A stretch of 64,000 nt of DNA from the human T2T-CHM13v2.0 reference genome, Homo sapiens (GCF_009914755.1 NC_060933.1); one strand, 5' to 3'. Positions 1-20,558 are shown, counted from the first letter of the stretch. Translations and numbers: made by a program. The notes: a model not told the origin generated them from the sequence alone.

Positions 1-489
1 TTTTGTATTCATTAGAGCCTCCCTGCCCCCTCATTGTCTAAATGATACCTCATTTCACAGATGGGTACTAAGAAGACATAAAACCTTTAAAAAAGAGAAC
101 ACAAAGTTGGAAGAACTTGCAGACATTGTGCAGTTTCATTGTCCCTTACTCATCCTGGCTTTCTTCATTGATTCATTTGGCACATATTTATTGTGTACTT
201 TTGTGCTTTCTGCTTTCCTATCACTTGTTCCGTTTATTCCACATATAATAGGACTGTATAGCCTAATATTTATCAAGCATCACCAGGCTACACGCTTAAT
301 GTACGTGATGTGTTTTCACATCTGCAACCCAACAATTTTTACATATGGGGAAACTGAGGGTTAGAGAAATGTTGAAATGTGACCAATTTTATGCATATGG
401 GAAATGACAGAGTAATTCAGAAGCAGTTTGTTTGGAGCAACCTTGTGCATAACTTTGCTCCCTGTCTTCACAAAGGAAGTAGTTGGCTT

Positions 490-880
490 AGAAGCTCTTT
501 GTTACAAGTAAACACTAGGATACACAGGGTTGTATTTCCCAAATCTCGGTGACTTCAAACAACACAGGTTTATTTCTCTCTCATGCTACATCTTCATCAT
601 GGGTGAGCTGAGAACTCTGCTCTGTGTGATCCTTAATTCAGGACCAGGTTGATAGAGCAGCCACTACCTTGCCATGGCAGACACAAAGCAGACACTGGCT
701 CTTAGAGGTTTCTCCAGGATGTGGCACTTGTACCTCCTGCTTACGTATTTTTGGCTAAAGCAAGTTACATGATTACGCCTGGGATCAGAGAGTGGGGAGG
801 TGCAATCTTACCATGTGCCTGCAGAAAAGAGAGAAAATAATGATTGTGTGTAATGGTGACAGTCTCACAGGGGAATGACT
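490..880. mobile_element. MLT1-type MaLR LTR, old and diverged
   Basis: gacttcaaacaacacaggtttatttctctctcatgct and ttggctaaagcaagttacatg resemble MLT1 motifs; boundaries approximate. Confidence 0.55.
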
Positions 881-1472
881 ATGGGTCATGGGACTGTTGC
901 TGGCATATTCTGAGCTTTCACATTGTGTGTTTGTACATGAAATAGTCCCAGATGTGTGCCCGATATGCTTCAATAAATTATTTCTCTTCTGCTCCTCTGA
1001 ACTTGTCCATTGTCTTACCTTGGAAATGTCTAACTTTTTTCTTCTCTCAAAGCAACTCTTTTGAAGAAGTCACTATTTAAAAAAAAAAAAAGATGAAATT
1101 TCCCCAAGTATTCTGTTATCTCACTTCTTTTATCTCTGGCAACTGATGAGTCAAGAAGAGGACCAGTGGTCAATGCCTTATAGTCAATAGGTAGGCTGTC
1201 AGCTAAAAGGACCTTGACCCTTCTTTAGTGTCATTTTTCAAATGCCTACTGTGACAATAGCAAGTGCTGCTGTCTCTTGCCTTTGTTTGCTGCCTAAAAA
1301 ATGTATTCGCCCATATAAGACACGTCTTGGGAATCTGAACAGCATCTCTCAGTTTTTGAGTTAGATTCAAGAAATATTTCCTGAGCATCTACATCAGGCT
1401 AGACATGGGGATATAAAGATGAATAAAGCTTGTTCTTTGCTCCTAAGCTGCTCACATGCAAATGCGATAGGC

Positions 1473-1963
<491 letters not shown>

Positions 1964-2142
1964 ATTAAGATAGATATAGAAACAGATAACTTCAACATCT
2001 GTTTAAGATACTGTGTTGAGAATGGAAGCTGAAACAGAGGCAGATACATTATATTAGAATGTATTGTTCAGCTAGGTGGACATTTTACAAACATGACCTC
2101 TAATCTTCAATGTAATTCTCTCTGCTCAAAATCCTTATGATA

Positions 2143-2513
<371 letters not shown>

Positions 2514-5500
2514 CTAAAGTTACACAGCTAGCAAGTGTTAGAGCCAAATTCAGACTTAGGACTGTCTGGCTCCAAACCCACAGACCAACCAAATAGTTGC
2601 TCTTTTTCCAAAGTAGACTGCACTCATACACTATTTTCCTAAAGAACATAAATGAAAGTTGTGCAAAGGTCGGTCTGCTGCATTTGTTTCATTCTTGATT
2701 ACATTCTCTGTTCCTTAGTTGTGTCTCCTGACATTTCCTTTGCTCCTTCTCCAACATTCAAGCTCACATTCTTAGAGTTATGGGGGAGAAGAACATAGTG
2801 GCGAGGTATCTTAAGTTCAATTCTAGAGCAATTAGCTCATCATCTTGGCTCTTCATGCTATTACGCTATTTCCCCCGGAGCCGGGTATAATCGAAGTTCC
2901 TCCTACTTGTTGTGTAACTGACCTGCTAAGTCGAGCTGTGAGCCAAGTCTGTCTGGATCACGTAAGCTTGCAGAGAGAACTGAGCCAAGTACTTCCAAAA
3001 CAAACCTCGTTAAACAAAAGCGGAGTGTGGTCGAGCCGGACACACAGGGTGGAGGGTTCAGAAGACCGTCTGCCAGTCTCGAAAGCAATGTGGGGTCTGT
3101 GACATTAAACGTCCAAGGGCAGTTGAGCTGGAGGGATGGATTCACCTTTACAGATGAATCTGGAAACCAGTGAGAATGATTCTGCATGATTAGGAATAAT
3201 AACCTGGAAAATCATTGCCAAATTACTTCCTTTTAGTGAAATATCTTCGATTTTTCTGAAACCCTTAGTCAATCAAGACCCCAGCTCGTGCCTGTTCATC
3301 ATGCTTAAAGAAAAATAAAAATGAGTCTGGCAGTAGTGACTAGAACTTCAGATGGTTAGGTCTCATTTAGTTTTGCAGGAGTGTGGAAAATTGAGTCAGA
3401 AATCTTAGTCTCTATTCATTTCCATCCTTCCCTTAACACAGTGAAAATCTTGGGCAAGCCCTTTACATTTTTTGTTTCTTAATTCTATCCTGTTTTATAA
3501 AGGAAAGCATCACATAAATTGCCTTCCTTGTACCTCCTAATAGGTCCCTAGAGATTATGATGAAAACTAGAAAGGTGCTCATATCTTGAGTTCTTCAAGA
3601 GAGAGGAACCAAGAGGCTCTATTGTGAATATCAAAACAGAATTTAATTTGCTTTCTCTCTACGTTCACCCTTTTTCTGAGAAGCCTGTTGGTGTATCTGA
3701 AGCCACATGTCTGACATGCACCACTGTGTCACAGCACTTAGCACAGTGCCTGTCAACAGGGAGGCACTCAGTAACTATCTGTGACTTCTGTGCCTGTTAT
3801 TATCTGTCCTCATCTCACCCCCCAACTCTCCATCTCCCTATGCCACAACCAAACTGCTATTTCATAGATGGTAGGAAGAGCTTCAAGCTCCACTGGTTGA
3901 GGAGAAAAAAAAAATTGATTTAAGTCACAGAGCAGACACCAGAATAGAGAGATGCTGTGTGTGGATAAGACAGGAGCATCTGCATGTTGATACCCAGCTG
4001 CTCAACAGGCTGGTCTCCAACTGAGAGTTGGGCCAACGATGAGTGTCAGTAAATTGCCTCTGCACCTCTAGAGCCTGAAATTCCTGCTTTCCAAAAGTCA
4101 ACAGGAGGGTAATTTGGTAGGCATCCAGACTCATCCTTTCCACAAAGTCTCTCTGCACCTCCCACCAGGGAAAATTTGGCTCCAGTCCTCCCCGCAGCCT
4201 CCAGTTCAGCTTCCAGCACAGTGGGCCAGCCGGGGCCGTCAGAAGCAGAACGGGGACTAAACGCTGCGGCAAGCTGGAGAAGGACCAGTTCCAGGGGCAG
4301 GATCTGGACAGGGCCATGCCTCACTGATCACCCTTTGGCCAAGTACCCCAAATTGAAGCAGTGGAAGGCAAGGGGTATCCAGGCTGACCTCTCCAAACCT
4401 TAGTCATGTTCTCATGGATGATGTGACTGGGTCAATCAAAACTTTTTTCCTCGCAGCTGTGCCTGTGACTATCTGTAGCAACCAACTTTCCTTTATGTAT
4501 ATATGTTTTCCTATATGTATATGTTTTCCATAAAGACAGTGTGTTCTGACTAGCTATAAACTATCCATTATTAGGTGAGACAAGTGAATATTGTTTTGTA
4601 TGAACCAGGCAGGTAACCCAAGGATGTCTACCTCTCAGCTCCCTTTTCCACAGCTCCCAGGTACAGGGAGGGCCCTGGGGACACTGGGAGAACAGTCCCC
4701 ACTCAATCAGATCACCAGGGCAAGAGCACAGACATGGCATTATCTCCAGAGGGGTAGGTGGTAGAACATTAGAATAGAAAAGTTTATCAGTCTCTCCAAC
4801 CTCTGATATGGACCAGAAAGAGCTGACAGCCTAATTTATCATCATGGTAGAATTTTATGCCCTCAAATAATTGCTAGTAACCTGGATCTTCCACTGGAAA
4901 AATAAAATCAACCCAAAAATATAGGCTCCAGATTACCATGACCCCAGCATTTGAGTGATGACATTGAGCCTTTGGGTCAGGTTTGGAGGTGAGTCTTGAG
5001 AGAGAAGGAAAGTTCTTTTGAAGGGGTGCTTATTGGAAAGCCTAGTGCAATCATGCTAGCTGCCCAAGCTAATTGTAAAATTTCAGATTTATTGTGTTCA
5101 GCAGAAATACAGCCTGTACATTTGAAATATTATCCAAATGACCTGGCTTCAACTTAGAAATCTTACATGAATTGAAACAAGTGAATTAGGGAGACCTCTT
5201 GCCTTCAGCCCTAAAGGGTCTGTGGGAGGTAAGTCAAGAACCATTTATAATAGTGATAAAATACTATATTTAAGGCTGTAAAAATTTGGCATGCAAGAAC
5301 TCAGCTCAGAAGTAAATTCATCTTATGTGCTCGGCAAAGGAGCAACTGGAAAGTTTTACAAATGGGAAGTTTGACCTACTGAGATTTTAAAGATAAATTA
5401 TGTCAATTATTCCTTGAGAGTGAGTACGGTCATTTACCCCCTTGAATGTTGAAATGGAAATCCGAACCATGAAGTCAGTAACAACTTCACTTTGCCATGG

Positions 5501-6058
5501 TGCACGTGGCTAATGACAGTTACCCAAAGCCATTGTCCAACTGTCACATCATGTGCCCAAATGTGCATTAGTGGGATGGGCCACTTGGGACCCTAGCAAG
5601 CAACCAGGGAGAGCATCAGAGCTATGCCCAATTAACAAACACCTCATATGATGGCGCATGATGCTTTTACTCTGCCAAGAAGCCAGTGATCCTTTCCTTG
5701 GGAATTCTATAATATGTCTGTCTGAAGCTAGAACTAGTAGATAATGCTTGATGACTGACAGATGTGTACTTTTTTCAAAAGAGCCTTATTAACTTTAGTC
5801 TCCTGCACATCTCTGGCCTCAGTGTCTACCTCTTGTTCCTCACCTCCCTCTCCAGCTACACTGCAGGGCCCTAGTCATGATTGCTGTAGCCCATTCTTGC
5901 CCCAGGGCCCTGCACTAGCTATTCCCTCTACTTGGAATGTTTTTCCCAAGATACCAATGTGGCTGGGTCCTTCCTGTCATCACATCTCAGTTTAAATGTC
6001 AGCTCCTAAGAGGCTTATCCTCAGCACCCAATTCAGCCTCCCTCCCTCTCTGTCTACA

Positions 6059-6060
<2 letters not shown>

Positions 6061-6096
<36 letters not shown>
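6061..6096. repeat. (AC)18 microsatellite within an L2-like remnant
   Basis: Directly visible. Confidence 0.95.
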
Positions 6097-6100
<4 letters not shown>

Positions 6101-6858
6101 TTCAGTCATCCTACTTTAATTCTAGCAGATCAGATATAAGTATCTGATATTTTGATGTTTTATTGACTTTTAATATCTGTGTGTCGTATTTCTTCCCTCA
6201 CTTAAAATGTAACTTCCAGGCAGGCAGAGACTTGATCGATTCTATTTACTGTTGTTTCATCAGCTCCTTGAATCATGCTTACCACATGCAGGTAAGCATA
6301 TGGTTGAACATGCTTGGTTGAACATCCATAATGTTCAACCAAGTCAATGTCAGCGTCCTCACAGGTAAATCTATGGTGAATGATTTGAAAGCGCCCTTGT
6401 GGAGCATGGAAGAGCCATACTTCAGTCTCAGGGCTCACCTCAGGTGAGTCGTTTCAACCCCGTCTATGGGTCTCCCTCCCTCATCTGGAAGCAGAGGGGA
6501 CTGGACTGGACCAGTGGCCCAAATCAGCAGCTTGCCGCCTCTCTTCTGTGAAGCCCTTTCTCTTCCTCACCATCCACTTCTCCCTATTTAGCCAGGACAG
6601 CTTTGCTTTCATCTTGTTAGGTGTATTTGATTTTTCATAAGTTTTCATTTGGTAAAGGATTCTGCTGCTAAAGTAAAATTTTAAATCTCCCAGCTTAGAT
6701 AAATCCTTCTGTTAGAAATTAATCCTGGCTCAGCTGTAAGAGGCTAGTTGTGTGCTTTGGGGAAACTCACTTAAGCCTCAGACTCCTCATGTAAATGGAG
6801 GATAATTTCCATATCTGTCTCACAGTATTGGTGGGAGTATTAAATGAGATAATCCATC

Positions 6859-7444
6859 TGTAGTAGGCAGAATAATAGGCCCCCAAAAGATGTCCATGCT
6901 CAAATCCTCAGAGCCTATGAATATGTAACCCTACACAGCAAGAGGACTTTGAAGATGAGATTAAGGTTAAAGATTTTGAGATGGGGAGATTATTCTGAAT
7001 TAGCTAAGTGGACTCAATCTGAGCTCATGAATCTTTAAAGTGGAGAACCTTTCCAGCTGCAGTCAGAAAGACACACGAGACAGGAGAGAAACCATCACTG
7101 ATAGCCGTGAAGCTGGCAGAAGAGATGCCCCAAGCCAAAAAATGCAGGTGGCATCTAAAAGCCAAATACAACCCTCAGCTGATAGCTAGCAAGGAAATGA
7201 ATAAATGGATATCTCAGGCCTACAACTGCAAAGAACCGAATTCTGTCAACAGCCCAACTGAATGAGGAAACAGATCCTTTCCCAGAGCCTTCAGAAGGAA
7301 CCCAGCCCTGCTGCCACTCTGCTTTTAGCCCATTGAGATCTCTACCAGACTTCTAACCTACAGGACTGTGACATAATAAATTTTTATGTTTTAAGCTGCT
7401 AAATTTATGGAAATTTGTTATGGCAGCAATAGAAAACTATTTAA
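6859..7444 (+). mobile_element. MLT1D/E-type MaLR solo LTR inserted in a MIR
   Basis: Starts tgtagtaggcagaataataggcccccaaaagatgtcc; ends ttgttatggcagcaatagaaaacta; MIR sequence on both sides. Confidence 0.8.
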
Positions 7445-7919
7445 CTATTACATTTAAACTATGTAATAAAGTACTTGGCACATGGGAAGGGCTCAATAAA
7501 TGTGAGCATTTCTTATAAATATTATTAATGGGGTATTTATTAATATCATTATATTATATCAATAACCTCTTCCTGCCTTGATGCTGAGCTTTGAATTCTG
7601 AAACTCCATTTCATGCCTATCCTGAAGACGTTTACTCTTAGTTGCCTTACAAGAATTATTCACCACCTTCAAGGTCCAGGTGTTGTGCTGGATAGCAATT
7701 AGAGGAAATTTCTGACATGCAAAACCAAGTGTACAGATTAACAACACTAAAGAGGTACAGATGGACACTGGGTGCTTCCTGAGGTGATGTCTTAAGAAAG
7801 GCACATGACCCATGTAGTAGTTTGGCTGCAGATGCTAAACTTGAGTTTACACATGAGGAAACATCAGGACAATCCCAAATGAGAAACTTTATTAAAAATA
7901 AACCGTTGCCTTTCTCCAA

Positions 7920-12030
<4,111 letters not shown>

Positions 12031-12039
12031 TTGCCTTTT

Positions 12040-12522
12040 AAAAACATCAATATCATCAAAGTCAAAGAAGAGCCAAGAAATTGTTCTAGATTAGAGGAAA
12101 CTAAATAAATGAGATGAATAAATGCAATGCATGATCCTAGAATAGATCTCTATTGAACATTACTGGGTCAATTGAAATAATTGGAATATAGGTGGGAGAG
12201 TAGATAAATGTATTTATTAATATTAAATTTCCTGAGTTGAAACTTTCTGAAGAATGACTCTATTGTGGTTACATGACAGAACATACTTATTCTTAGGAAA
12301 TACACACTGAAATGTTTATGGGTAAAAGACCACAAGTATCCATCTTAATTTCAAATAGTTCCAAAAAATGTATGTATAATATATAAAACAAGTGGGTGAC
12401 CACCTTCTAAAGCAAATGTGGCAGAATGTTAACAGTAGGTGAAATCTAGGTAAAGGGTAAATATTTTATTCTTGCAAGTTTTCTGTAATTTTGAAGTTAT
12501 TTTCAAATAAAGAGTTTTAAAA
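12040..12522 (+). mobile_element. L1ME-type 3' fragment
   Basis: cttattcttaggaaatacacactgaaatgtttatgggtaaaag...ttcttgcaagttttctgtaattttgaagttattttcaaataaagagtt. Confidence 0.6.
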
Positions 12523-14556
12523 ATTGCCCAATTCTCTTTGCAATCCTGTAAAGAGAAGGAAATATTAGCTCTTGGTGCCCATTTAAACCACAGTTTTTCT
12601 TTTGATTTATAATTGCATCTGATACCTATGTTATTATGCCTGCCCATTTTTAAGACTTTCACAATGTAGAGCTTTCAAAATTAGTATAAAGACAGAAAGC
12701 TTCTTCAAACATCCCTTCAGGTGCATTAAAAGTAAGCACTGGTTAAAGAAAGCACAGTTTTCATGTAATCCACTGGTTTTACATGCTAAGTTCTTAGTAC
12801 TGAAGCATTAGCATAGTCCCTGGAAATATTCATCTAATAGGATAAATTATTTCTGGTAGGCTATATATCTCTTCAAAAAAGTGGCAAAGCTGTCAGCTAA
12901 ACAGCTAGATGAATGAAGTAAACAGTCCATTGTAAAAAATAATTACATGGTACTTACTATATGTAGACATAATTGGCAATAATGGGCCAAAAGGAGGGAT
13001 CATGGCAGCTTGGGTCAATCACAGAGGTCTCCAAATGTTTCTAAATGTGTGCCTATTTAATTCCCATTGCAAAATAAGCCCTTTCATCTTTCATAACATT
13101 GATAAAAAAACGTTGATGTTCACAGCAGTGTTTTTATGGAAATTGTGTCCTGATCCCCTCCATGCACATGCCAGAATCTATGAGCCTTCTGTGATCAAGC
13201 TCATCTCTCTTCCATCAGTGCCAAACTTCTTAGAAATACTGAAGATTTCTAAAATGGATCAATGCTTTGGCAAATTGCCTCATCACCAAGAATAAACACT
13301 CACAGACTTAAGCAGCCACTTGTGCATCTATCATTGAATAGAGCCTCAAGATACTGGAAGTGATGTATCAATGGCTTTCCTACCAGCCAGTTGCTTCTCT
13401 GGAAGCAAAGGAAACAATGCTGAGCATTGTCATCCATGTAATTTGTGGCCATTAGAAAGACTGGTAGATGCTCTTTCATTGAGACCCTTTGGACTAACAA
13501 CACAGCCCATCTGGAGCACAAAAGCTGTAAACCTGGAAAAAAAATAGACTGCACAGATGAGCAGTTTCGGTGCACCTTCCCCATTCAGAGGTGCTAATAA
13601 GGAAAAATGCTGAATTACTATGATTACCCATGACTTGAAAATAGCTTATCACCTGCCAATCTGAATGAAGGCCCCTGGAGGGCTGTGAAATGCCACAAAG
13701 AACAATGGCCTTGGAATCAGAACCTGCAGTGTCTGAGAGAGGCATCCCAGTGCAAGGCTAAAGGGCCACCAGCCTTCTAAAATGGAGCTCTTATTCTCAG
13801 TAAACCCTGCAAACTGGTTCTGGGCTGTTCCCATGCCAGAGAGAAGGAAAATAGAAGTGCTTTCATAAAACAATCAGGCCCATAAAAGTAGAAATGCAGG
13901 GGAGAGAAAGCCAGCAATTATCCAAAAGAATCATATCTTAGATAAGCGGCCAATTTAAGGTATTTCACGGTGGGGCAAAGCTCTCTCCACATTCAGCAGA
14001 TAATTGTTAGCCTGCTTTCTACTTTATGTGTGATTGTGTAAACTTAATCATACTGCAAAATCCCTCTTGTCTTCAGACCTCAGTGCCCCTGGAATGTTGT
14101 TAAAGTAGTCACATGAGGTTCATTAGGAAGAAGAGCTTGGCTTTGTAGAGACTGGGTATTTGGCTGTTCACAGGAATCTTTTCTTCGTTATCACAAAGCT
14201 CTGTGTTAAGACCATTGTAGACACTAAAGCAGAGTATCTCCCAGCTGAGCAAGACATAATATCTCAGTGGTGGCCTGCCCCATTGGCAGGTGCTAAGCTT
14301 TTATTTTTATTATTATAATGGCTTTGTTTCCCCATGAACCATTTAGATGAAGTATGACCACAGTCTGAGTCTTCACTTATGGCCAACTTCTTCTCTTAAT
14401 TTACTGTGGCATCAAAACAATAAGGATTTATTTATAAATTTTTGTTCTCTTTAAGAATGGATACAAGGAGAAAAGTCTCCCAAAGTTGAAGAGCATTGCC
14501 TTTTTATTCAGTAATGCACTGCCTACCCTCCCAAAATGCACACACATGCTTATGGG

Positions 14557-14559
<3 letters not shown>

Positions 14560-14590
<31 letters not shown>
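14560..14590. repeat. (CA)15 microsatellite
   Basis: Directly visible. Confidence 0.95.
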
Positions 14591-14591
<1 letters not shown>

Positions 14592-15147
14592 TTGTGGGTC
14601 TGCCTTCCTTCAAAATGTTCTAACGTGGGACTGGTGAGGTGGATAGGCTGACTTGTGCCACAGACTAAGACATCTGCCATTAATTGGTGGGACAGCAAAT
14701 AATGTAAAAATATGTTTTCTCTTTCACTAGCTTCTCTAGACAAATCAGCTTTGTGTTCCTAGTGCTGCTTCTAAGTTTCTTTCCTCTTGTTCATAATTCC
14801 TAGCTCTCAGATTGCCTTTGAAAAGCTGCCACTTTTGGAGCAGAATGATCTGAGAGGGTGTTTTCCCTTTTCTTCCCCACCCACCCCACACATACGCACA
14901 TACACGTGCTTGTCAGCTGGTAATGCGTTTCTCTATACCTGAATCATAATTCACTACTTTTTCTAAATAACACCAAGTGTTTTTTTAAAGCCCACAGTGA
15001 TAAGAGTTGTTGCTTTGTTTGTTGACTGGTGGTGGCCCACATGGATTTGTATGGTTCTCAGTCATAATCAGTCTAAAACATATTTCCTCATTACCTGGTG
15101 TGTACCCCAGTCTGTAGTATAAGGAGAAACTAGAAGATACAGTTTTA

Positions 15148-15496
<349 letters not shown>

Positions 15497-18109
15497 CTAG
15501 TGATCAGTAAAACTGGATTTAGTCCTCAAGCTGCCACTAATTAACTGTTTGGCTTTGGCCAAGTCCCTAAAAATTTCTAGTCTCAGTTTCTTCATCTGTA
15601 AAATTTGGAAAGGGGTGAAATTCATATCTACAAGTGCCAGGCAGGTACCATGGTCAAGTGGGCCAGCTGGGGACTGAGGCCACAGGGCATCCCCATCTAC
15701 AGGAGTCATTTGCTCCTCAGCCCCAACCAATTGCTGCATGCAGAACTCGAGGTAATTCAGACTTTTATGAAAAATCTCTTGATTTCCTTAAATATAGTTT
15801 AAACATTGTTTGTGCTGGCTGAACAAATCATTTCTGCAAAGTATATTCCAGTCCACCACTTCTAGACTCCTGGCACTCTCAAGTCTCTCCTTCCCTCTTT
15901 GTGTGTTGTTTAGAACCATTCAGCAATTGACATCCAATCTAAGTGTTCAGGGGAGTGAATACAACCCAGGAAAGATGATCACGATATTCCTCGGGCTACC
16001 AAGTGATTAAGAATTGCACCGATCACTCATCACAGTTTCAGCAGGTCCAAGTGTTACTAGTAAAAATTGAGATGGATTGTTGACTTTTGAGAAGGAGAAG
16101 AAGCTTAAAAAGGGTATTAAAGAAAACAAAGCTCCATTTGTAACTAGACAGCATTTCCACCCGGCAGTATACAAAAGAAAGAACAAGTGGAAGTGCTTCT
16201 GTATAATTTGCTACACAACTCTGGAGCTTCAGCTAAACCTCCTATAGCTGTAAGCAATAAAAGCACAGAAGTAGAGAGAAGTAACCAAAACATACCTAGT
16301 ATTCCATAGAAGCCATCACATAACACAGAGGACAAAAATGTGTAGCAATAAATAACACATGGAACATAGCAAAACTCTCAGATCAAGAGAAACATTTTTG
16401 AAGAAAACTATTTCCAAAATTTGTGAAGTTTTAAAAAGGTAGAGCAATAGGCCAAGGCTCCAAACCTAGAGGGAAAGGATAGATTCTCTGGCTGGTGCCT
16501 CCTGATTAATGAATAGAAAGTGATCCAGTTGCTATAGTGACTTGAAGATACACAAAAGAAAACATCACTTCTTTAAAATATGCCTGATGATGAATAGGCA
16601 GATTCTTTCAAAATATTTTTTTAAAAATATGAGCAACTCTTTTTTTTTTCTTTAAAGTGAATCACACAGGATGTCTCTTAGATTTCTTTCTTCTTTTTTT
16701 CAGATAACAGGACTTGTTTACACAAGCCCTAGTTTGTTTACATGAACCAGCAATTCGGGCAAAAATTAATGATCAGAAAATACGTCTGTTGGAGAATAAG
16801 TTTTGTTTTTCAGCAGTTTTGTTTCTGTTTGAGCAGCAAGGGAGATAAGTGTATGTTGTCTTGGTTTTCCTTTTTTCCAGCAATATATTTATTTGGAGAG
16901 TTTCCTCGGATGCTGAGAATGTGAAATGTACCTAAGCAATCAGGGAATGGAAGGTTGTGTTTGCTGAAACCTTCCCTTATCTGTCTGAATGGAGAGGTAA
17001 TAAAAAATATTATTTTGGTGGGACTGAATGCCCACTCCCTTTGGCTCTCCAGCCTGGCCCCCACAATCTCCAAAGGATTGTTCTGTTTTGCTCCAGGCAG
17101 TTCAGCCTTGGCACAGTATCCTGAATAGAGGACATTCAAGGCAAGGTCTTGAAATAAAAACTGCAGTGATTAAATATCCTGGGGACCCCTTCTGTGGGGG
17201 ATGGAGAACTCTTAGTTGAATGATTTGGGTAAACTGTTGGCACAAGGTCCCAGCTGAAGTGTCCCAAGGCCTGCAGCCTGGAGAGACATTCTTTAGCTGA
17301 AAATGTGATGTGGGCTTTTGCTAACCAGCAGAGGGGTCAATGATCTTGAACAGCATCCTAAGCCTGTGTAATATGGTCTTTTAAAGTGGGTGTGTGAATA
17401 TTTTTATTAAAGGATATGTAATTTTAAATAAAGGTAATTCACAGGGGAGTAGGGAAATCACTTGAAAATCATAGGAAGAGAAGTTCCCAAACCTGCACCT
17501 GTTCTGTGTGATCTTGGACAAGTAACTGAGGTTTCTTGGGGCTCAGTTTACTCACCCCTAAAATGAGGAAGTTAGATCACTTTAAAGTCAGCAAACATAT
17601 TAAGTGCCCGCTGTGTACTATCATCTTCCACCCATATCCCCAGATCCCACTCCTGAGTCCCAGGGATCCAAATACTGCACCGTTCAGCTGCTCAAGCCAA
17701 AACTCCAGGAAACCCATCATTCCTCCCCCTTTCCTTGGGCTTCGTTGAAATAAAAAGGTAATAATCACACCTCTCCCACAATTCAGAATCAAATGAGCAT
17801 TAAGGGAGAAAGGAGATTATACAGAAAAAAAATCAAAGCATCAGCTTTATTCCTTATAAGGCCAAAAGGGAAAATATGAATTAGATCTCTGAACTGCGAA
17901 CTTCCTAACCACTCCCCTCTGCATTAACCTTCCCATCTCTCTCATCTGGGCATATGAGTTCCTTCTCCCAAACTCACCAATTCACACATGATAAAGCATT
18001 CCTCTTTTCACTAAGAAGAAGTAGCTGAATTTAAAAGAAGTGGCAGCTCTCTTTCGAATATTTTAAAGATCAAGGCAGGAACACATGGTATCCCTAAATG
18101 TAAGTTACA

Positions 18110-18815
18110 TTTTAGTTTCCCAGAGCTGCTGCCACAAAGTACTATAAAATGAGTGGCTTAGGCCGGCAGGGGGCTGACACCTGTAATCTCAGCACTTTGG
18201 AAGGCCAGGGCAGGAGGATCGCTTGAAGCCAGGAGATAGAGACCAGCCTGGGCAACATAGCAAGACCCCATTTCTAAAAAAAAAAAAATTAAAAATGGAT
18301 GGCTTACAACAACAGAAATGTATTCTCTCACAGTTCTGGAGGCTGGAAGTCCAAAATCAAGGAATTGGCAAGGTTGGCTTCTTCTGGAGGCTCTGAGGGC
18401 AAATTCTTTCTTGCCTCTTTCTGGCTCCTTGTGGCTGCTGGCAGTCCTTGGCATTCTTTATCTTGCAGCTGCATAACTCTCATCTCTGCCACATAGTCTC
18501 ATGGCCTTCTCCCTTCTGTGTCTGTGTGTCTGTGTCTTCATGTTTATACAGAAATGAGTCATTTGATTTAGCTTAGGGCCCACCTTAATGTAATGTGACC
18601 TCATCTTAGCAAACTGATTACATCTGCAAAGACCCTATTGCCAAGTACATAGAGTATTTGAATATGTACTATGTACTTAGAGTACTAAGAGTGTTACTAT
18701 GTATACTATGTACTTAGAGTACTATGAGTGTGTACGTAGAGTACACATTCATAGGTAGGTAGTAGGTATTAATGTTTGGACATATCATTTTGGAAGACAT
18801 AATTCAACTCACAAT
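18110..18815. mobile_element. MLT1B/C MaLR LTR containing a FLAM (18161-18290, +) and a GTAC-rich insert
   Basis: ggcttacaacaacagaaatgtattctctcacagttctggaggctggaagtcc; FLAM TSD aaaatgagtggctta / aaaatggatggctta. Confidence 0.8.
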
Positions 18816-19097
18816 GGTTGAACAAGTCTTTTCTACTTCCTAAATATTTTTCGCTCTGTCTACTTCTACCCATCTCAACAACTATACTTTAGTTCAGGCC
18901 ACAGACACCATTCCCCCAGATACCACATCAGTCTTCTAACTAGTCTCTCTGATTCCAGTCTTCTTCTATTCTCTCATTTTCAAAAATCCACTCTCTCCTC
19001 TAATAATGGCCTTCTTTCTGAAATGTAAACCTGACGGTGACAACTGCCTACAAATCTAAAATGACTTCCCATGGCCGTGGATAAAGTTCATACTCCC

Positions 19098-19459
<362 letters not shown>

Positions 19460-20173
19460 TCAGCCACTGATCTGTCCAGCCTTTCCTCTCCTGCCTCTTC
19501 TTGCTTCTCCAAGCATTTCTACTTCTTACTCTAGCTACCCCAAACTCTTTGCAATCTACCTTGGTACTTTCCCCATCCTATTATTGAAAACCTGCATGTT
19601 TTTAAGACGGGGGCAACTATGCTATATTTTGAGGTCTTGTCACTCATTCTACAGTTCCCTCAAGGGGAACTGAATAAATCCTTTAATTAAAGGAATCATC
19701 TCTGTAGATTCAGCTCTCTCTACATGAATGCCTTTCTTTCCTTTTCTGCCTTCTGTCTGTACCACTCCCTCTAATTCATCTTTCAGGTCTCACCTAAGCT
19801 TTTGCTTCCTCAAGAAACCATGATTTGAAGGCTCTCCCTACACACATACACACATGTGCTCTAATTTAGGTATCACTTTATTTTCTTAGCAAATTGTTCA
19901 GAATCCTCTTAGCAATACTGAAAACACAGAATTCATTGTGATATCTTTCTACTTGCTTCATTCCCCCTGACTCTGAGCTAAGTATTGTACTAGGAATTAG
20001 TCTCCTTCATAGCCTCCTTCTTTCATCCACCAAATTTCATTGCCCCTTCTCAAGGTGTTTCTTCTTACATACTATGTCTCTTTATCACTCTCCCTGGGCT
20101 AACAGCTGTTTGCTTTCTTGGTTATTCTGTAATTTCACTGTGATGAGTCTTCTTATAGATTAACAAAATAGTA

Positions 20174-20206
<33 letters not shown>
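20174..20206. repeat. (TA)n microsatellite
   Basis: Directly visible, one interruption. Confidence 0.9.
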
Positions 20207-20207
<1 letters not shown>

Positions 20208-20229
20208 TTGTACTGCTTCTTGAAATTAA

Positions 20230-20558
<329 letters not shown>

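Noticed and set aside
3925-4403. Overlapping 75-130 aa ORFs in a GC-richer patch
   Set aside because: No recognisable protein and no supported splice structure; at most a regulatory patch.
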